A stretch of 64,000 nucleotides of DNA. Source: Bdellovibrionales bacterium (GTDB lineage: Bacteria; Bdellovibrionota; Bdellovibrionia; Bdellovibrionales; JAUICD01). The position numbers and the translations under genes are program-made. The notes beneath the pieces were generated by a model. The model did no database searches. It was not told the DNA's origin and saw only the letters and a list, made by a program, of their open reading frames with translations. The stretch lies in contig CBDANC010000014.1 of the NCBI GenBank assembly GCA_965197425.1, positions 160,001 to 224,000 of the forward strand. The letters are read 5' to 3'. Shown here in pieces: positions 37,508 through 47,799 of the stretch. Within the stretch, counting starts at the first letter, position 1, and every line of letters begins with the position of its first letter.

Positions 37508-38578
37508 CTACTGATCTCCAGCTGTACCAAGACTTTCCTGGTACTTGCCATAAATGCCATTTGCGTAGTGCTCTCCACCTCCCACAGCAGGATCCCAACC
37601 ATAATATGAAATAATACCCCCACGAATTTGTTTATCTCTATGGGTCTCACCTACACACCATTCCTCTTGTTTTGATCCTGTTCTGTAGTCTTCTGGCGCA
37701 AACCTGCATGGAGATATGTCGTTTATCTTATATAAGAGCCATCTTATCCCCGCTGCAATATTTGCATTAGGACTTTTAGCATCACATTCCTCCAAATTAC
37801 ACTGTGGATCTATATCAATTTTAACCTCTCTGACTTCTTGCCATCCATCATTGTTAAGCTCACCAGCTAGGTATTTCCTTGTTAAATCCGTAAGTTGCAT
37901 CAGTCCCGTAGCTTTAGTTTTAGGGTGCTCTCTTGCTTTGGGATTAAAACTGGATTCTTGAGCGATAAGAGCCTTGATCAGTAATGGATCAACACCTTCC
38001 GCATTGAATCCTTGATCTTGAAAGTAAGCAAGCCAAAACTGAATCATTTCATCGTATTGGTTCCCATCCTGAGAATAACCCTTTATTCTATTAAGCTTCT
38101 TATATGGAGCATATTTATCCCTATTATTTTGGTATATGTGGTCTAAATTCGATTTATACAATGTGTCTCCAGTTGATTCAGGATTTTTACAGCATTTTTG
38201 TTCATTAAAGTTGGCTTCATGTGATTGAACTGTGTACTCTACTCTTATCTTAGTTGTACGAATGTTATTCTCGTCTGAAACCTCTTCCCTAAGTACACGA
38301 CCATGGTTTTGATCTACTACTTCGCGTATACCATTTACTTCTCTAATATGCTCTGCCCTTATTCTATTTAGGTTGGGAGGACCTGGAAATGGCATGGAGT
38401 GGTCTTCCTTAACTTCATATACTCGAATAACTTTTTTTCCATAATTAAGTCTCTCTTCTAATATACGATCATGCTCTGCTTGATTGTGGGTACCCGGAGC
38501 ACAAACCATACCCAACTCTGCCATTGTCTGGGCCACAAAGCCCAATAACTTTCCTGTCTGTGTGGGAGTACAAAACAT
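37508..38578 (-). CDS. Lytic transglycosylase (SLT domain) protein
   Basis: IKALIAQESSFNPKA, ATGLMQL, NIAAGIRWL motifs. Confidence 0.82.
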   Translation of the reverse strand: MFCTPTQTGKLLGFVAQTMAELGMVCAPGTHNQAEHDRILEERLNYGKKVIRVYEVKEDHSMPFPGPPNLNRIRAEHIREVNGIREVVDQNHGRVLREEVSDENNIRTTKIRVEYTVQSHEANFNEQKCCKNPESTGDTLYKSNLDHIYQNNRDKYAPYKKLNRIKGYSQDGNQYDEMIQFWLAYFQDQGFNAEGVDPLLIKALIAQESSFNPKAREHPKTKATGLMQLTDLTRKYLAGELNNDGWQEVREVKIDIDPQCNLEECDAKSPNANIAAGIRWLLYKINDISPCRFAPEDYRTGSKQEEWCVGETHRDKQIRGGIISYYGWDPAVGGGEHYANGIYGKYQESLGTAGDQ

Positions 38579-38712
38579 CTTTTAAAAACCACCATGTCGT
38601 TTGGAGTTACACACCAATCGTGCTGTTCGGTTAAAAAAACACATTTCTTAAGAGGGGAAATCTTCATTTTGACACAACATTATGCAAACAAAATTTTATT
38701 ATCTTTTAAAAG

Positions 38713-38788
38713 TGGTGGAGGCTACAGGGATCGAACCTGCGACCTTCTGAATGCAAATCAGATGCTCTACCAACTGAGCTAAGCCCCC
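38713..38788 (-). tRNA. tRNA-Ala (TGC)
   Basis: GGGGGCTTAGCTCAG...TCTGATTTGCATTCAGA...CCTCCACCA; G3:U70 pair. Confidence 0.96.
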
Positions 38789-38923
38789 AGAGAAAATAAT
38801 TAAATAACAAATTTATTCGAAAACTTACAACACAAAATTATACTGTAACAAATCTAATATAAACAAGCCTACTTATAAAACAAAATTGTAGGACAAGACA
38901 TAAGTTTAAAACACACAACACAG

Positions 38924-39199
38924 TTACTCTCCACGCAATTGCAATTTAATTGATTTTACCCAATTACTTTCAAACTTATTCACCATATCCTTAATGTCCT
39001 CTTTTAAAAACTCTAACTGTTGTAGATAAGCAGCATGTTCAACACTAATAACCAAAACCCCTCTATAATAGCCTACAGGTACAGAATATCTCGACATATC
39101 ACCCACAACATCCTTCCAATTCAGGTAAAGATTCCACCTCTTGTAGGAGTCAGAAAACCCTTTTTCTTCTACCATCATCTTTTCCAGGGTATCAGACAA
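38924..39199 (-). CDS. DUF721/DciA family protein (start uncertain)
   Basis: WKDVVG...SVPV...GVLVISVEHAAYLQQLEF.K..I. Confidence 0.75.
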   Translation of the reverse strand: MSDTLEKMMVEEKGFSDSYKRWNLYLNWKDVVGDMSRYSVPVGYYRGVLVISVEHAAYLQQLEFLKEDIKDMVNKFESNWVKSIKLQLRGE

Positions 39200-39253
39200 T
39201 GATATTAGTTTTCCTTTTCTTTTTGCCTCTAATTTTCTAATAAAACACCACCA

Positions 39254-40447
39254 CTATCTATTCATTAATGTGTGTGCCTTTAAATAACTAAAGGCAGTTT
39301 TTACTTCATTATCATCCAAAATAGAACTGGCAACGCCAGTGGTACCGGCAACACCAGCGGTGTTGGATTTTTTTAATTTTGTTTTGTCATCCTCTGATTT
39401 TTCTAAAGCTTGTTTTGTTACAACAATGTCAGGTTTTACACCAACCTCATGTATTGGTTTATCACTAGGGGTATGGTATTTTGCAACCGTTATTTTTAGT
39501 GCCCCTCCATCTGCCAAAGGCATCAAGGACTGAACAGACGCCTTACCAAAACTCCTTCTACCCATAATCAAAGCTCTTTTATTATCTCTCAATGCAGATG
39601 CCAATATTTCGCTTGCACTAGCAGAGTGTTCATCTATTAAAACAATGATAGGAAAGTTGCCTTCAAAAGCTCTATCACTTTTTGCATTCATAACTTCTGC
39701 TGTACCATTTCTGTCCTTAGTAGTAACAATTATTCCACCAGATAAAAACATATCTGCTATTTCGACCGCCTGCTCTAGTAAACCACCAGGGTTGTTTCTT
39801 AAATCTATAATAACCCCTTTTAATTGCTCCTTTTCTTTGTGTTTTTTCATCTGAGAAATTAGTTCGTTGGATGTGTCTTTGCTAAAGGTAGAAATTCTAT
39901 AGTAAGAAAACCCTTCTCCTAAATTATGATACTTAACAGATTTTGATTTTATGATTTTTCTTTTAAGCGTAACCTCTCTTGTACCATTTTCATTTTCTAT
40001 TGTTATTTTAATTTTACTACCAAGTTTTCCTTTTACTAGCATAGAAATCTCTGACAAGCTCAGCTTTTTTGCAGGTGTTTTTTCGATAAAAATAATTTTA
40101 TCACCTGATTTTATTCCCGCTTTCTCGGCAGGCGAATCTTCAATAGCAGAAATGACTGTAGGGTAATCTTCAACTATTGTAAGCTCTATTCCTACTCCAC
40201 CAAATCTACCAGTAGTCTCTGTCACAAATTCAGAATACATCTCTGGTGTAAGATAATCAGTGTAAGGATCGAGTTCCCTTACCATTCCTTTGATCGCACC
40301 ATAAATAATTTTCTTAGAATCAACTGGTTCTACATAATGAGTTTTTAAAATATTAAAGACACTACTGAAGGTCATCAGATCGTCATATTTATTTGCTTTT
40401 GCGCTTATGAATATGCAGAGTACAAATGGTATAATAAATTTGTTCAT
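39254..40447 (-). CDS. ctpA: Carboxyl-terminal processing protease (S41)
   Basis: LDPYT, FGGVGI PDZ, IDLRNNPGGLL, SASASEI, SFGKASVQ. Confidence 0.92.
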   Translation of the reverse strand: MNKFIIPFVLCIFISAKANKYDDLMTFSSVFNILKTHYVEPVDSKKIIYGAIKGMVRELDPYTDYLTPEMYSEFVTETTGRFGGVGIELTIVEDYPTVISAIEDSPAEKAGIKSGDKIIFIEKTPAKKLSLSEISMLVKGKLGSKIKITIENENGTREVTLKRKIIKSKSVKYHNLGEGFSYYRISTFSKDTSNELISQMKKHKEKEQLKGVIIDLRNNPGGLLEQAVEIADMFLSGGIIVTTKDRNGTAEVMNAKSDRAFEGNFPIIVLIDEHSASASEILASALRDNKRALIMGRRSFGKASVQSLMPLADGGALKITVAKYHTPSDKPIHEVGVKPDIVVTKQALEKSEDDKTKLKKSNTAGVAGTTGVASSILDDNEVKTAFSYLKAHTLMNR

Positions 40448-40698
40448 TTTAAACTACCTGATTTTATGCTAGACAGAGTGTTTTCGTGCTGCGTTTTCAT
40501 GGCAGTTATCAACAAGTCTGGTTTTATTATACTACCACTTGCAATTTCTCTATAGTCCTGTATTATGCTCTTTATAACAGCACCATCCTTGAATACTTTG
40601 GTGGCTATAGAGCATTTGGCACTGCCCCAATCCTCTGTTTGAACATGATAACAATTACCATTATGGACAATTTCAGAATTAAACCCTTTTAACACCAT
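40444..40698 (-). CDS. Small hypothetical protein (GFNS...YHVQTEDWG motif)
   Basis: 84 aa, coupled to ctpA by an ATGA overlap. Confidence 0.6.
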   Translation of the reverse strand: MVLKGFNSEIVHNGNCYHVQTEDWGSAKCSIATKVFKDGAVIKSIIQDYREIASGSIIKPDLLITAMKTQHENTLSSIKSGSLK

Positions 40699-40745
40699 TA
40701 CAAACTTCTAACAAAACTATTCACTTATTTCAAATTATAGATAAA

Positions 40746-42470
40746 ATGAATCTCAGCATGACAAAGGCACAACACATTCTAATCATAATCACGGCTATGC
40801 AGCTTACAGGGTGTGCCAGAACCATTCTATTTAACTCAGGCCATAAATCCAATTGTATAGGCATAAATCTACCTAAAATATCAAACCCTATACGGATTGA
40901 AGGTAAAGCTGAATATAAAAGAAGAGTAATACCTGAAGACGGTGAGTCAGGTTTGGGGGAAATAGATGATAAAAGTTATCCAATAAAATTTGCAGAAGTG
41001 GAGGTACTTTCTAACAACGAAACCACATACTGCACCAGCACGGATGAGTTTGGTGAATTTGTAGTAGAAATTCCAAATGCCGGGTCTAATCATACTGTAA
41101 AAGTAAATTCCCTATCCCCAAAATCTGCCAACCAGATTGGAAATGTCTTCGTACAAAATAACCCTCTTGAAGATAACCACTACTCCATATCAAAGAGTAT
41201 ATCCAGAAGTAATTCTGAACCTGTACATCTTATAGCAAGTGCGAATGGAGCAGGTGTTTTAGGAGGTGCATTCAATATATTGGATAAAGTAATTAAAGCA
41301 AACTTATTTTTAAATGTTATGACCACAGATTGCGGAAATGAATGCGACCCTTTTGACTCCTCCCCTCCAGCACACTTATATTGGGAGGCAGGAGTTGATC
41401 CATTAGCAAACTTTCTTTGTAAATACAAAAGATGTAATCCTGCTACAGACAAAGAACTAAGTTTTTTTGATAGAGATAGTTCACAGATTTATATACTGGG
41501 CGGTACAAACGGTGATATCAGATTCTCAGATACAGATCACTTTGATGATGCAGTAATTATCCATGAATATTTTCACTTTGTCTTAACAAACACCATAAAT
41601 TTGTTTTCACCTGGGGGAGAGCATGAGTCTAACACGGTGCTTGATCCTAGGCTTGCTCTTAGCGAAGGCTTAGCAAATGGTTTAGCTATTTTAGTCTTAG
41701 AGAACCCGAGCTATGTTGATACAGTAGGTATTGGAAGCGATGGCGCAATAAAAGTCAGATTTAGTGCTGAAGGTAATGCAACGATTGCGGTAGATGAAGG
41801 AGGAGGAAATTTTATAGAGTCAGCAATAACAAGAGCAATCTGGGACATGCTGGATCCCGTGCTATATAATGATCGCATGATAGGTAGCAATGATAATGAC
41901 AATGTAACTATAGGATTTGCAGAGTTTTGGGGAGTATTAACCGGAGAGTTTGCCTCTGAGGAATATCACTTTAAAGACTATGGTTTATTGATGGGTTTAT
42001 TCAATGAAAGGCCTAATGCAACACCTATTGATGAAATCCTCGATCGTGAGATGCAAAAAAGCAATAGAGAGGACTATGCATCAGAATATAACCCTTGTAT
42101 AATTTATGAATTACAAACTCCACCAAATCACAACAACAATAAAGAGAATACCTATGTGAATACAAATCAATTTTACTCCAATGATTTTTATATATATAAA
42201 CACGAAGGAGGAGCTTTTTCTGCAAACCTAGGTTATAGTGATAGTCAAGAGGCAAATTTGGATATGTATGTGTACAGAGAATTCTATACATTTGGAAAGG
42301 CAGATGATCTAGCAGGATTTAGCAATAGAGAAAATGATGGTGGTGAAGAAATAACACGAATTTCTGATCTGCCGAGTGGTGTGTATATGATAAATATTGT
42401 ATCTATTGATCCAGCACAACGTGCCGAATATCGCTTATCTTTAAATGGTGAACAATGTCTCGATTCTTAA
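40746..42470 (+). CDS. Lipoprotein with an HEXXH zinc-metallopeptidase motif and a C-terminal PPC-like domain
   Basis: Lipobox LTGC; IIHEYFH...SEGLAN; ANLDMYVY...GVYMINI. Confidence 0.7.
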   Translation: MNLSMTKAQHILIIITAMQLTGCARTILFNSGHKSNCIGINLPKISNPIRIEGKAEYKRRVIPEDGESGLGEIDDKSYPIKFAEVEVLSNNETTYCTSTDEFGEFVVEIPNAGSNHTVKVNSLSPKSANQIGNVFVQNNPLEDNHYSISKSISRSNSEPVHLIASANGAGVLGGAFNILDKVIKANLFLNVMTTDCGNECDPFDSSPPAHLYWEAGVDPLANFLCKYKRCNPATDKELSFFDRDSSQIYILGGTNGDIRFSDTDHFDDAVIIHEYFHFVLTNTINLFSPGGEHESNTVLDPRLALSEGLANGLAILVLENPSYVDTVGIGSDGAIKVRFSAEGNATIAVDEGGGNFIESAITRAIWDMLDPVLYNDRMIGSNDNDNVTIGFAEFWGVLTGEFASEEYHFKDYGLLMGLFNERPNATPIDEILDREMQKSNREDYASEYNPCIIYELQTPPNHNNNKENTYVNTNQFYSNDFYIYKHEGGAFSANLGYSDSQEANLDMYVYREFYTFGKADDLAGFSNRENDGGEEITRISDLPSGVYMINIVSIDPAQRAEYRLSLNGEQCLDS

Positions 42471-42916
42471 TTGCTGTTAGTTTGGTATCTGGCTTTTACT
42501 TTGCGTTTAAAAGTCAGGTGTCATTTTCAAATGACAATATAAGTACACAAATTGTATCGGCTTCTGTTAGTAAACCAGGTCGTGTTTTGAACATGTGGTT
42601 TGAAAAAAAAGTAGGATGGAGAGAGAGACTAGGGTTTAAGGGTACGGTAGAAAAATTGATTTTAAACCTGGATGCTAAGGTTGCTATGGAAAATGTTAAG
42701 CTTAATTTTGTTTTAGTAAAAAACACAGAAATTATTAGCACTAACATTCCGGATCAAGTTACTTTGATTCCAGATAAGATCTTGGAATTTGAAATATCAA
42801 TTGAAAGAAGCGAAGATCTTCACCTGATATTAAGAGCACGTGGCTTATTGCCGGATAAACCAGATAAGATGGTCTATTTAGGTACAGCTCATTTCTACCA
42901 TAACACTGACGGTTAA
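42455..42916 (+). CDS. Hypothetical exported protein
   Basis: Hydrophobic N-terminus; overlaps the upstream gene. Confidence 0.55.
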   Translation: MSRFLIAVSLVSGFYFAFKSQVSFSNDNISTQIVSASVSKPGRVLNMWFEKKVGWRERLGFKGTVEKLILNLDAKVAMENVKLNFVLVKNTEIISTNIPDQVTLIPDKILEFEISIERSEDLHLILRARGLLPDKPDKMVYLGTAHFYHNTDG

Positions 42917-43064
42917 TAGATTTAAAAACCTGACTTTCTTTAAAGGAATTACTTTAAAAAATTGATGCTATATGCAAAAAATTAAAAATACTAAACTAGG
43001 TTTAAAAAATCTTGTACTTACTTGCAGGTAGGCCATACAAAATGAAAATCGAACAGTAGGTGTA

Positions 43065-44921
43065 TTGAGTAGGTGTGTTGTGAGTAACCAAAATGGAAAT
43101 TCAAATAGTCATGGCCTAAGTTGGATTATAGGCGCAGGTATTGTTGGTGCTGACATTGGCACGTCTGTGTTCTATAGCACTGGATTGATGTTCCCCTATG
43201 TTGGGTATTTATCCCCATTATTTATTTTATTTGTATGTCTAATGATGTGGGCATTTAAAAGAACTTATGAAGAAGGCATGGCCTTAAGTCCTCACAATGG
43301 CGGTGCTTATAGCATGATTTTAAGAAGTGTGGGCAGAAGGACTAGTGTACTTCCTGGAGCATTAACTGTTTTGACTTATCTAGCAACTGCTGCCGTGAGT
43401 GCTTTGTCTGGGGCATTTTATCTTTCTTCTTTGGGATCATTTGTTCCAATACAGCAGGTTGTGCTAATTGCCGCTATCCCAATTATATTATTTGGCATTT
43501 TAAACACGAAGGGAATCAAAGAACCTGCAAAACTTGTTACTGTGATAACAGGATTACACTTTTCTTTGCTGGCGCTTATTATTTTGCTTGGTTTAGGTTT
43601 TATTGTGTTTAGGTGGAGTGATGTAGATTTTGGAAAAATGAGCAAAATAACAGTGGATACTAATCTAACCTTTGCGATGTTGATGCATGGTTTTGCTGGA
43701 GCGTTCTTAGGTATTACTGGTTTTGAGTCAGCAGCACAAATTTTTGAAGAACTAAAAGCCCCTGCTCTTAAAACATTACGGTACTTATATAAGGCAGTAA
43801 TTATTTTAGTTTCCATTACCGCACCTTTAATTTCGTTTATGTGTCTTAGTATTTTATCAGAGCAAGAAATAATCGATAACAGAGAATATCTCGTAGCATC
43901 TTTGGGTTATAAAATTGGTGGGAACTTTCTAAAGCATGTAGTGGTATTCGATGCAGCACTTACTTTGTTTGCTGCTGTTAACACAGCGTTTGTTGGTTTT
44001 ATAGGTTTGGCTGCCACCATGGCAAAGCAAGGTAATCTGCCACAAAAGCTACTGACTAGATGGGATAATAAGTATCCTTGGATAGAAGGATACCCTCATA
44101 TCGCTTTGTCTTTTATGTGTTTGGCTCTTTTTATGATTTCAGTTGTACCTGGAAATGTTGACACTTTAGCAAAAGTTTATGAGATGGCTTTTTTATGCGT
44201 AATGTGTAGCTTTTGTGTTGGCGTCATTTTAATGCGAAACAAAAAGCAGGGGAAGAGAGTTCCAAAGCCCTTTTTAAGTGATGTATTTATTGTGTTTAAC
44301 AAAAAAATTCCTATTATTCCTGTGATCTCATGCGTGGTTTTAACAATAGCATTTTTAACATTAGTGGTATTTGCTAACACTGAATCTAGAATTATGGGAA
44401 TAGAGATGTTTCTAGGTATAGTTTTAATAATGGCCTTCTACAGGTGGGGTGTCTTAGAAAGCCGGCTAGAAAATAAGTCTGATTTTGGCTTAGGCCTGGG
44501 TATTTATTCTAACCACTCTAAAATAGAGGAAGTATCAAAGGATTTACCAAAGTATGTAACTTGTGTTGGGGCAACTAGACCCAGACATCTTATAACAAAA
44601 TCCATAAACTATGTTATTAAACAGAATAAATTAAAACCCTTTGAGATGATCTTGTTCCATGTGGATGAGAGAGGAGAGGGTTTTGTTTATTCCGCTTTAC
44701 AGAGAGTGATTTTGCAACAAATTGTACCGGTTTACAGAAATAGGGATATTTTAATTACCCTAAAAACACTACCTGATGAATTAATTGAGGGTCTCCAGAC
44801 TCTTAAAAGAAAAAACAAAATAAACAAGATAATGATAGGAAGAAGTGGCACACTAGAAGGCTCAGAGAAATTAGCAAAAGAAATTTATAAAGAACTTCAA
44901 ATAGAAGTTGTACGTATTTAA
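43065..44921 (+). CDS. APC-family amino acid permease
   Basis: VGADIGTSVFY, NGGAY, GITGFESAAQ; about 12 TM segments plus a soluble tail. Confidence 0.85.
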   Translation: MSRCVVSNQNGNSNSHGLSWIIGAGIVGADIGTSVFYSTGLMFPYVGYLSPLFILFVCLMMWAFKRTYEEGMALSPHNGGAYSMILRSVGRRTSVLPGALTVLTYLATAAVSALSGAFYLSSLGSFVPIQQVVLIAAIPIILFGILNTKGIKEPAKLVTVITGLHFSLLALIILLGLGFIVFRWSDVDFGKMSKITVDTNLTFAMLMHGFAGAFLGITGFESAAQIFEELKAPALKTLRYLYKAVIILVSITAPLISFMCLSILSEQEIIDNREYLVASLGYKIGGNFLKHVVVFDAALTLFAAVNTAFVGFIGLAATMAKQGNLPQKLLTRWDNKYPWIEGYPHIALSFMCLALFMISVVPGNVDTLAKVYEMAFLCVMCSFCVGVILMRNKKQGKRVPKPFLSDVFIVFNKKIPIIPVISCVVLTIAFLTLVVFANTESRIMGIEMFLGIVLIMAFYRWGVLESRLENKSDFGLGLGIYSNHSKIEEVSKDLPKYVTCVGATRPRHLITKSINYVIKQNKLKPFEMILFHVDERGEGFVYSALQRVILQQIVPVYRNRDILITLKTLPDELIEGLQTLKRKNKINKIMIGRSGTLEGSEKLAKEIYKELQIEVVRI

Positions 44922-45085
44922 AAGTCTTACTAACGAGGCGAAAAACAAGGAGGCTATGCCTACTCTGGTTCAATTGGCTTACGGGATAAACCTTTATATT
45001 TTCCAATTGAATGAACCTCCTTGCGGTCGGTTCTTTTGCTGAGTGGTTGCCCAGCTTCTCACCACGATGCAGATCTCATCACACT
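44919..45085 (-). repeat. Long version of the modular element (B-extended nested hairpin X1-A)
   Basis: Minus strand: AGCTGGGCAACCACTCAGCAAAAG...GCAAGGAGG..TTCAATTGG...CCAATTGAA..GAGTAGGCATAGCCTCCTTGTTTTTCGCCTCGTTAGTAAGACTTTTA. Confidence 0.82.
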
Positions 45086-45138
45086 CGTTGATACTACTTG
45101 TGCAGGGCCCAAAATGGTGGCATACCAATGTGTTATAT

Positions 45139-45215
45139 GGTGGCTGTAGCTCAGTTGGTAGAGCGCAGGATTGTGGTTCCTGTGGCCGCGGGTTCGATCC
45201 CCGTCAGCCACCCCA
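45139..45215 (+). tRNA. tRNA-His (GTG)
   Basis: G-1 GTGGCTG acceptor stem, CAGGA-TTGTGGT-TCCTG, C73 discriminator, CCA end. Confidence 0.96.
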
Positions 45216-45228
45216 ATTGAAAAAAATC

Positions 45229-45441
45229 CGAAGACTTTTAGTACCTTGGGTTGTATATTATGAAACTGTGTCAAAACGTATTTAGACTGGGCAATTTTCA
45301 GTTTCAGTGAAGACCTTAGTCACTCCTGTCGTATTACACCTTACAGAGCTGGGCAACCCTGATACTGAAAGTACCTTGGCTACACTTGTACTCTGTACTG
45401 CATTTCGCCAAGGCAACTTTCAGTTTCAGTGAAGACCTTTA
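45229..45441 (+). repeat. Tandem composite of modular elements (C-deleted B/X2-A, spacer, B-hairpin X2-A)
   Basis: Direct repeat GGCAAYTTTCAGTTTCAGTGAAGACCTT at about 45290 and 45412; AGAGCTGGGCAACC at 45345. Confidence 0.87.
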
Positions 45442-45542
45442 TTGTAAATTTGTTAAACAAAAATTTTACTATTTAAAAAATAAAAAAGTATGTTATTTTT
45501 CTGGATCGAATTCTTTTTAATCTATAAGGAAAATAATTCAAC

Positions 45543-46289
45543 ATGTATTTAAATTTAATTGGCAATAGATTCATTTGTGTTAAATTTTGGACGAAGTTGA
45601 TAATAACAGCTGTTTTTATATCAAATACAACTGCTGTAGCTAGCAACTGGTTACTACAAACCATAGATCAGGATGAGTTATCAGATTGTAAGGATGCCCT
45701 TAGAAATAACCTAACACATACAAATCAGAATGATGCCAGTGCTGATTTATCTGATGTATCTAGAGAAGATCTCAATCCAGAGGGGACTGGGCCAGAACTC
45801 AATAAATACCTAGAGTTACTCAATGAATCTTATTCTATTACAAGTGGTAATGAATTGTTATTCTATGCAATTGAAGAGGAAAATGTACGTTTAGTGAAAT
45901 TGGTAGTAGGTGCTCCAAAAACAAACCCTAACGAAAAAGACGAACAAAAAAATACACCTCTTATTTTGGCTGCTAAGTCAGGCAACGAAGAAGTAGTGAG
46001 AGCTTTGCTAAATAGCAATAAAAAGATCAAAGTAAATAAAGTAGACAATAATGGGTACTCAGCAATTATGTGGGCTGCTAGTTTAGGGCATCGCAAGATA
46101 ATTGAATTACTGTTGGAAGAAACAACGATACTATTGTTTACACAAACGGCAAATGAATCAGCCTACTATTTATATTTCAACTTTTTTAATTCATTACCAA
46201 AAAGTAGTAAGACAATAGAGCAACTATCTATGCTCAAAAGACTAAATAGGCTTCATTATAGTCAGTTAAGAAATGGTCAAGGTATTTAG
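45543..46289 (+). CDS. Exported ankyrin-repeat protein
   Basis: NTPLILAAKSGNEEVVRALL, GYSAIMWAASLGHRKIIELLL; hydrophobic leader. Confidence 0.85.
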   Translation: MYLNLIGNRFICVKFWTKLIITAVFISNTTAVASNWLLQTIDQDELSDCKDALRNNLTHTNQNDASADLSDVSREDLNPEGTGPELNKYLELLNESYSITSGNELLFYAIEEENVRLVKLVVGAPKTNPNEKDEQKNTPLILAAKSGNEEVVRALLNSNKKIKVNKVDNNGYSAIMWAASLGHRKIIELLLEETTILLFTQTANESAYYLYFNFFNSLPKSSKTIEQLSMLKRLNRLHYSQLRNGQGI

Positions 46290-46310
46290 TTACAAAATTG
46301 TCTATGCTTT

Positions 46311-46625
46311 TCATATGTTTTTTTCTGTACACGTATCACAGTTTTCTGTTTCTGAATTACATATATTAGTAAGGTCGAAAGCTGTTTCACCAATATTTTC
46401 TTTTAAGACATCGGCTGTACATTTAGCTTGTTTTAAAAACTTCTCACTTCTAAGATAGTCTAAACTTTCCTTAGAAAATTGTGTGGCTTCTTTAGTTATG
46501 TCTCTTTTTCCTATGTAGTGTAAAAGATGATCCTCTACAGTTTCGCCTTTGACATGCAGTTGTGAAAGTGCCGTTAGTACACATGCCAGAACAAAACATT
46601 TAGCTACAAAAAATAATTCTCTCAC
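46311..46625 (-). CDS. Hypothetical protein
   Basis: N-terminal hydrophobic segment, Cys-containing tail. Confidence 0.5.
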   Translation of the reverse strand: MRELFFVAKCFVLACVLTALSQLHVKGETVEDHLLHYIGKRDITKEATQFSKESLDYLRSEKFLKQAKCTADVLKENIGETAFDLTNICNSETENCDTCTEKNI

Positions 46626-46754
46626 CTAAAATACATTCCTTTTTAAACTAAGGTAACATGTAGTTGATCGACATAAATGATAAGAATATAAAATATATTA
46701 GTAGTGGCTTTCTTTATTTGCACAAGTTAGTATCTGGACACTTTAGTTTTTGGC

Positions 46755-47396
46755 ATGGAAAAAGAAACATACAGCTTTAAAATATTTTCGTTTTTAGTAG
46801 GTGCTACCAGCGGATTAAATGCATATTTCATAATATTAGGCGTTCTATTATTATGTGGTCTGGGTTTACCCATACCAGAAGATATAACTTTGGTGTCTGC
46901 AGGATATTTGGCAGGCATTGGGAAAATATCATTTGTTGGAGCAAATATAGTATGTTTCGTAGGTGTGTTAATCGGAGATGTTATATTGTTTAGTATTGGA
47001 CGAAAATGTGGTTATTCTGTGTTAAGTTGGCCCGTTTTTAAGAGGGTGTTTTCCCAAAAACGTATAGATAAAGCATTTGACAGAGCTAGGAAAAGGGCAA
47101 GGATAATATGTTTTGCCGCCAGGTTCATGCCTGGACTAAGAGCTTGTATATATCTCTCCTGTGGCATAGTTGGGGTACCTTTTAGAGTATTCATTCTGCA
47201 AGATAGTTTGGCAGCCCTCTTGAGCGTTCCTTTTTTTGTGTGGGTTGGATTTAAATTTCACAACAAGATAGATAACATGTTTGATTTGTTAAAAAACACA
47301 CAACATTACATAATAATTCTGGCTGTCTTGGTGTTGGGGTTCGTAGTATTTAAAATATTAAAGAGTAGGTCTACTCCTCAAGATCAGAGCCAGTAA
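46755..47396 (+). CDS. DedA family membrane protein
   Basis: GLGLPIPEDITLV, GDVILF.IGR, ARFMPGLR. Confidence 0.92.
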   Translation: MEKETYSFKIFSFLVGATSGLNAYFIILGVLLLCGLGLPIPEDITLVSAGYLAGIGKISFVGANIVCFVGVLIGDVILFSIGRKCGYSVLSWPVFKRVFSQKRIDKAFDRARKRARIICFAARFMPGLRACIYLSCGIVGVPFRVFILQDSLAALLSVPFFVWVGFKFHNKIDNMFDLLKNTQHYIIILAVLVLGFVVFKILKSRSTPQDQSQ

Positions 47397-47790
47397 CAAT
47401 CAACTCTTTTAAGTAGCTGATAGATTCCTCTGAAATGTTAACCTCACCCATTTGCCAGTACTCTGATTCCTCATCCATCTTTTTTTCTAATGTAGTAGAA
47501 CCTTTTAACCTCAAAGAGGTGTCTTCAAATGTATCATCAATTTCTATAGGATGATTAAATTTGTACTCAAAAAATACTCTGATTTTGGACTCATCTATAC
47601 TTTCGGACCTAAAGTCATAAAACTGAATATCAGAGGCATTAGGCGAATTCTCTCTTATGTATCCATCAATGAAATCCTCTAAACCACGTTCCACATCGTT
47701 ATAGTCCTGCCAATCTAAATTGGAGAAATTCTGCCATTCCCAAGAAAATGCCATAAGTGCTAGTAATAAAGCAGGGCCTATTGTGTTCAT
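47371..47790 (-). CDS. Hypothetical exported acidic protein
   Basis: AGGAGA RBS, signal-like leader, 139 aa. Confidence 0.6.
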   Translation of the reverse strand: MNTIGPALLLALMAFSWEWQNFSNLDWQDYNDVERGLEDFIDGYIRENSPNASDIQFYDFRSESIDESKIRVFFEYKFNHPIEIDDTFEDTSLRLKGSTTLEKKMDEESEYWQMGEVNISEESISYLKELIVTGSDLEE

Positions 47791-47799
47791 AAATCTCCT

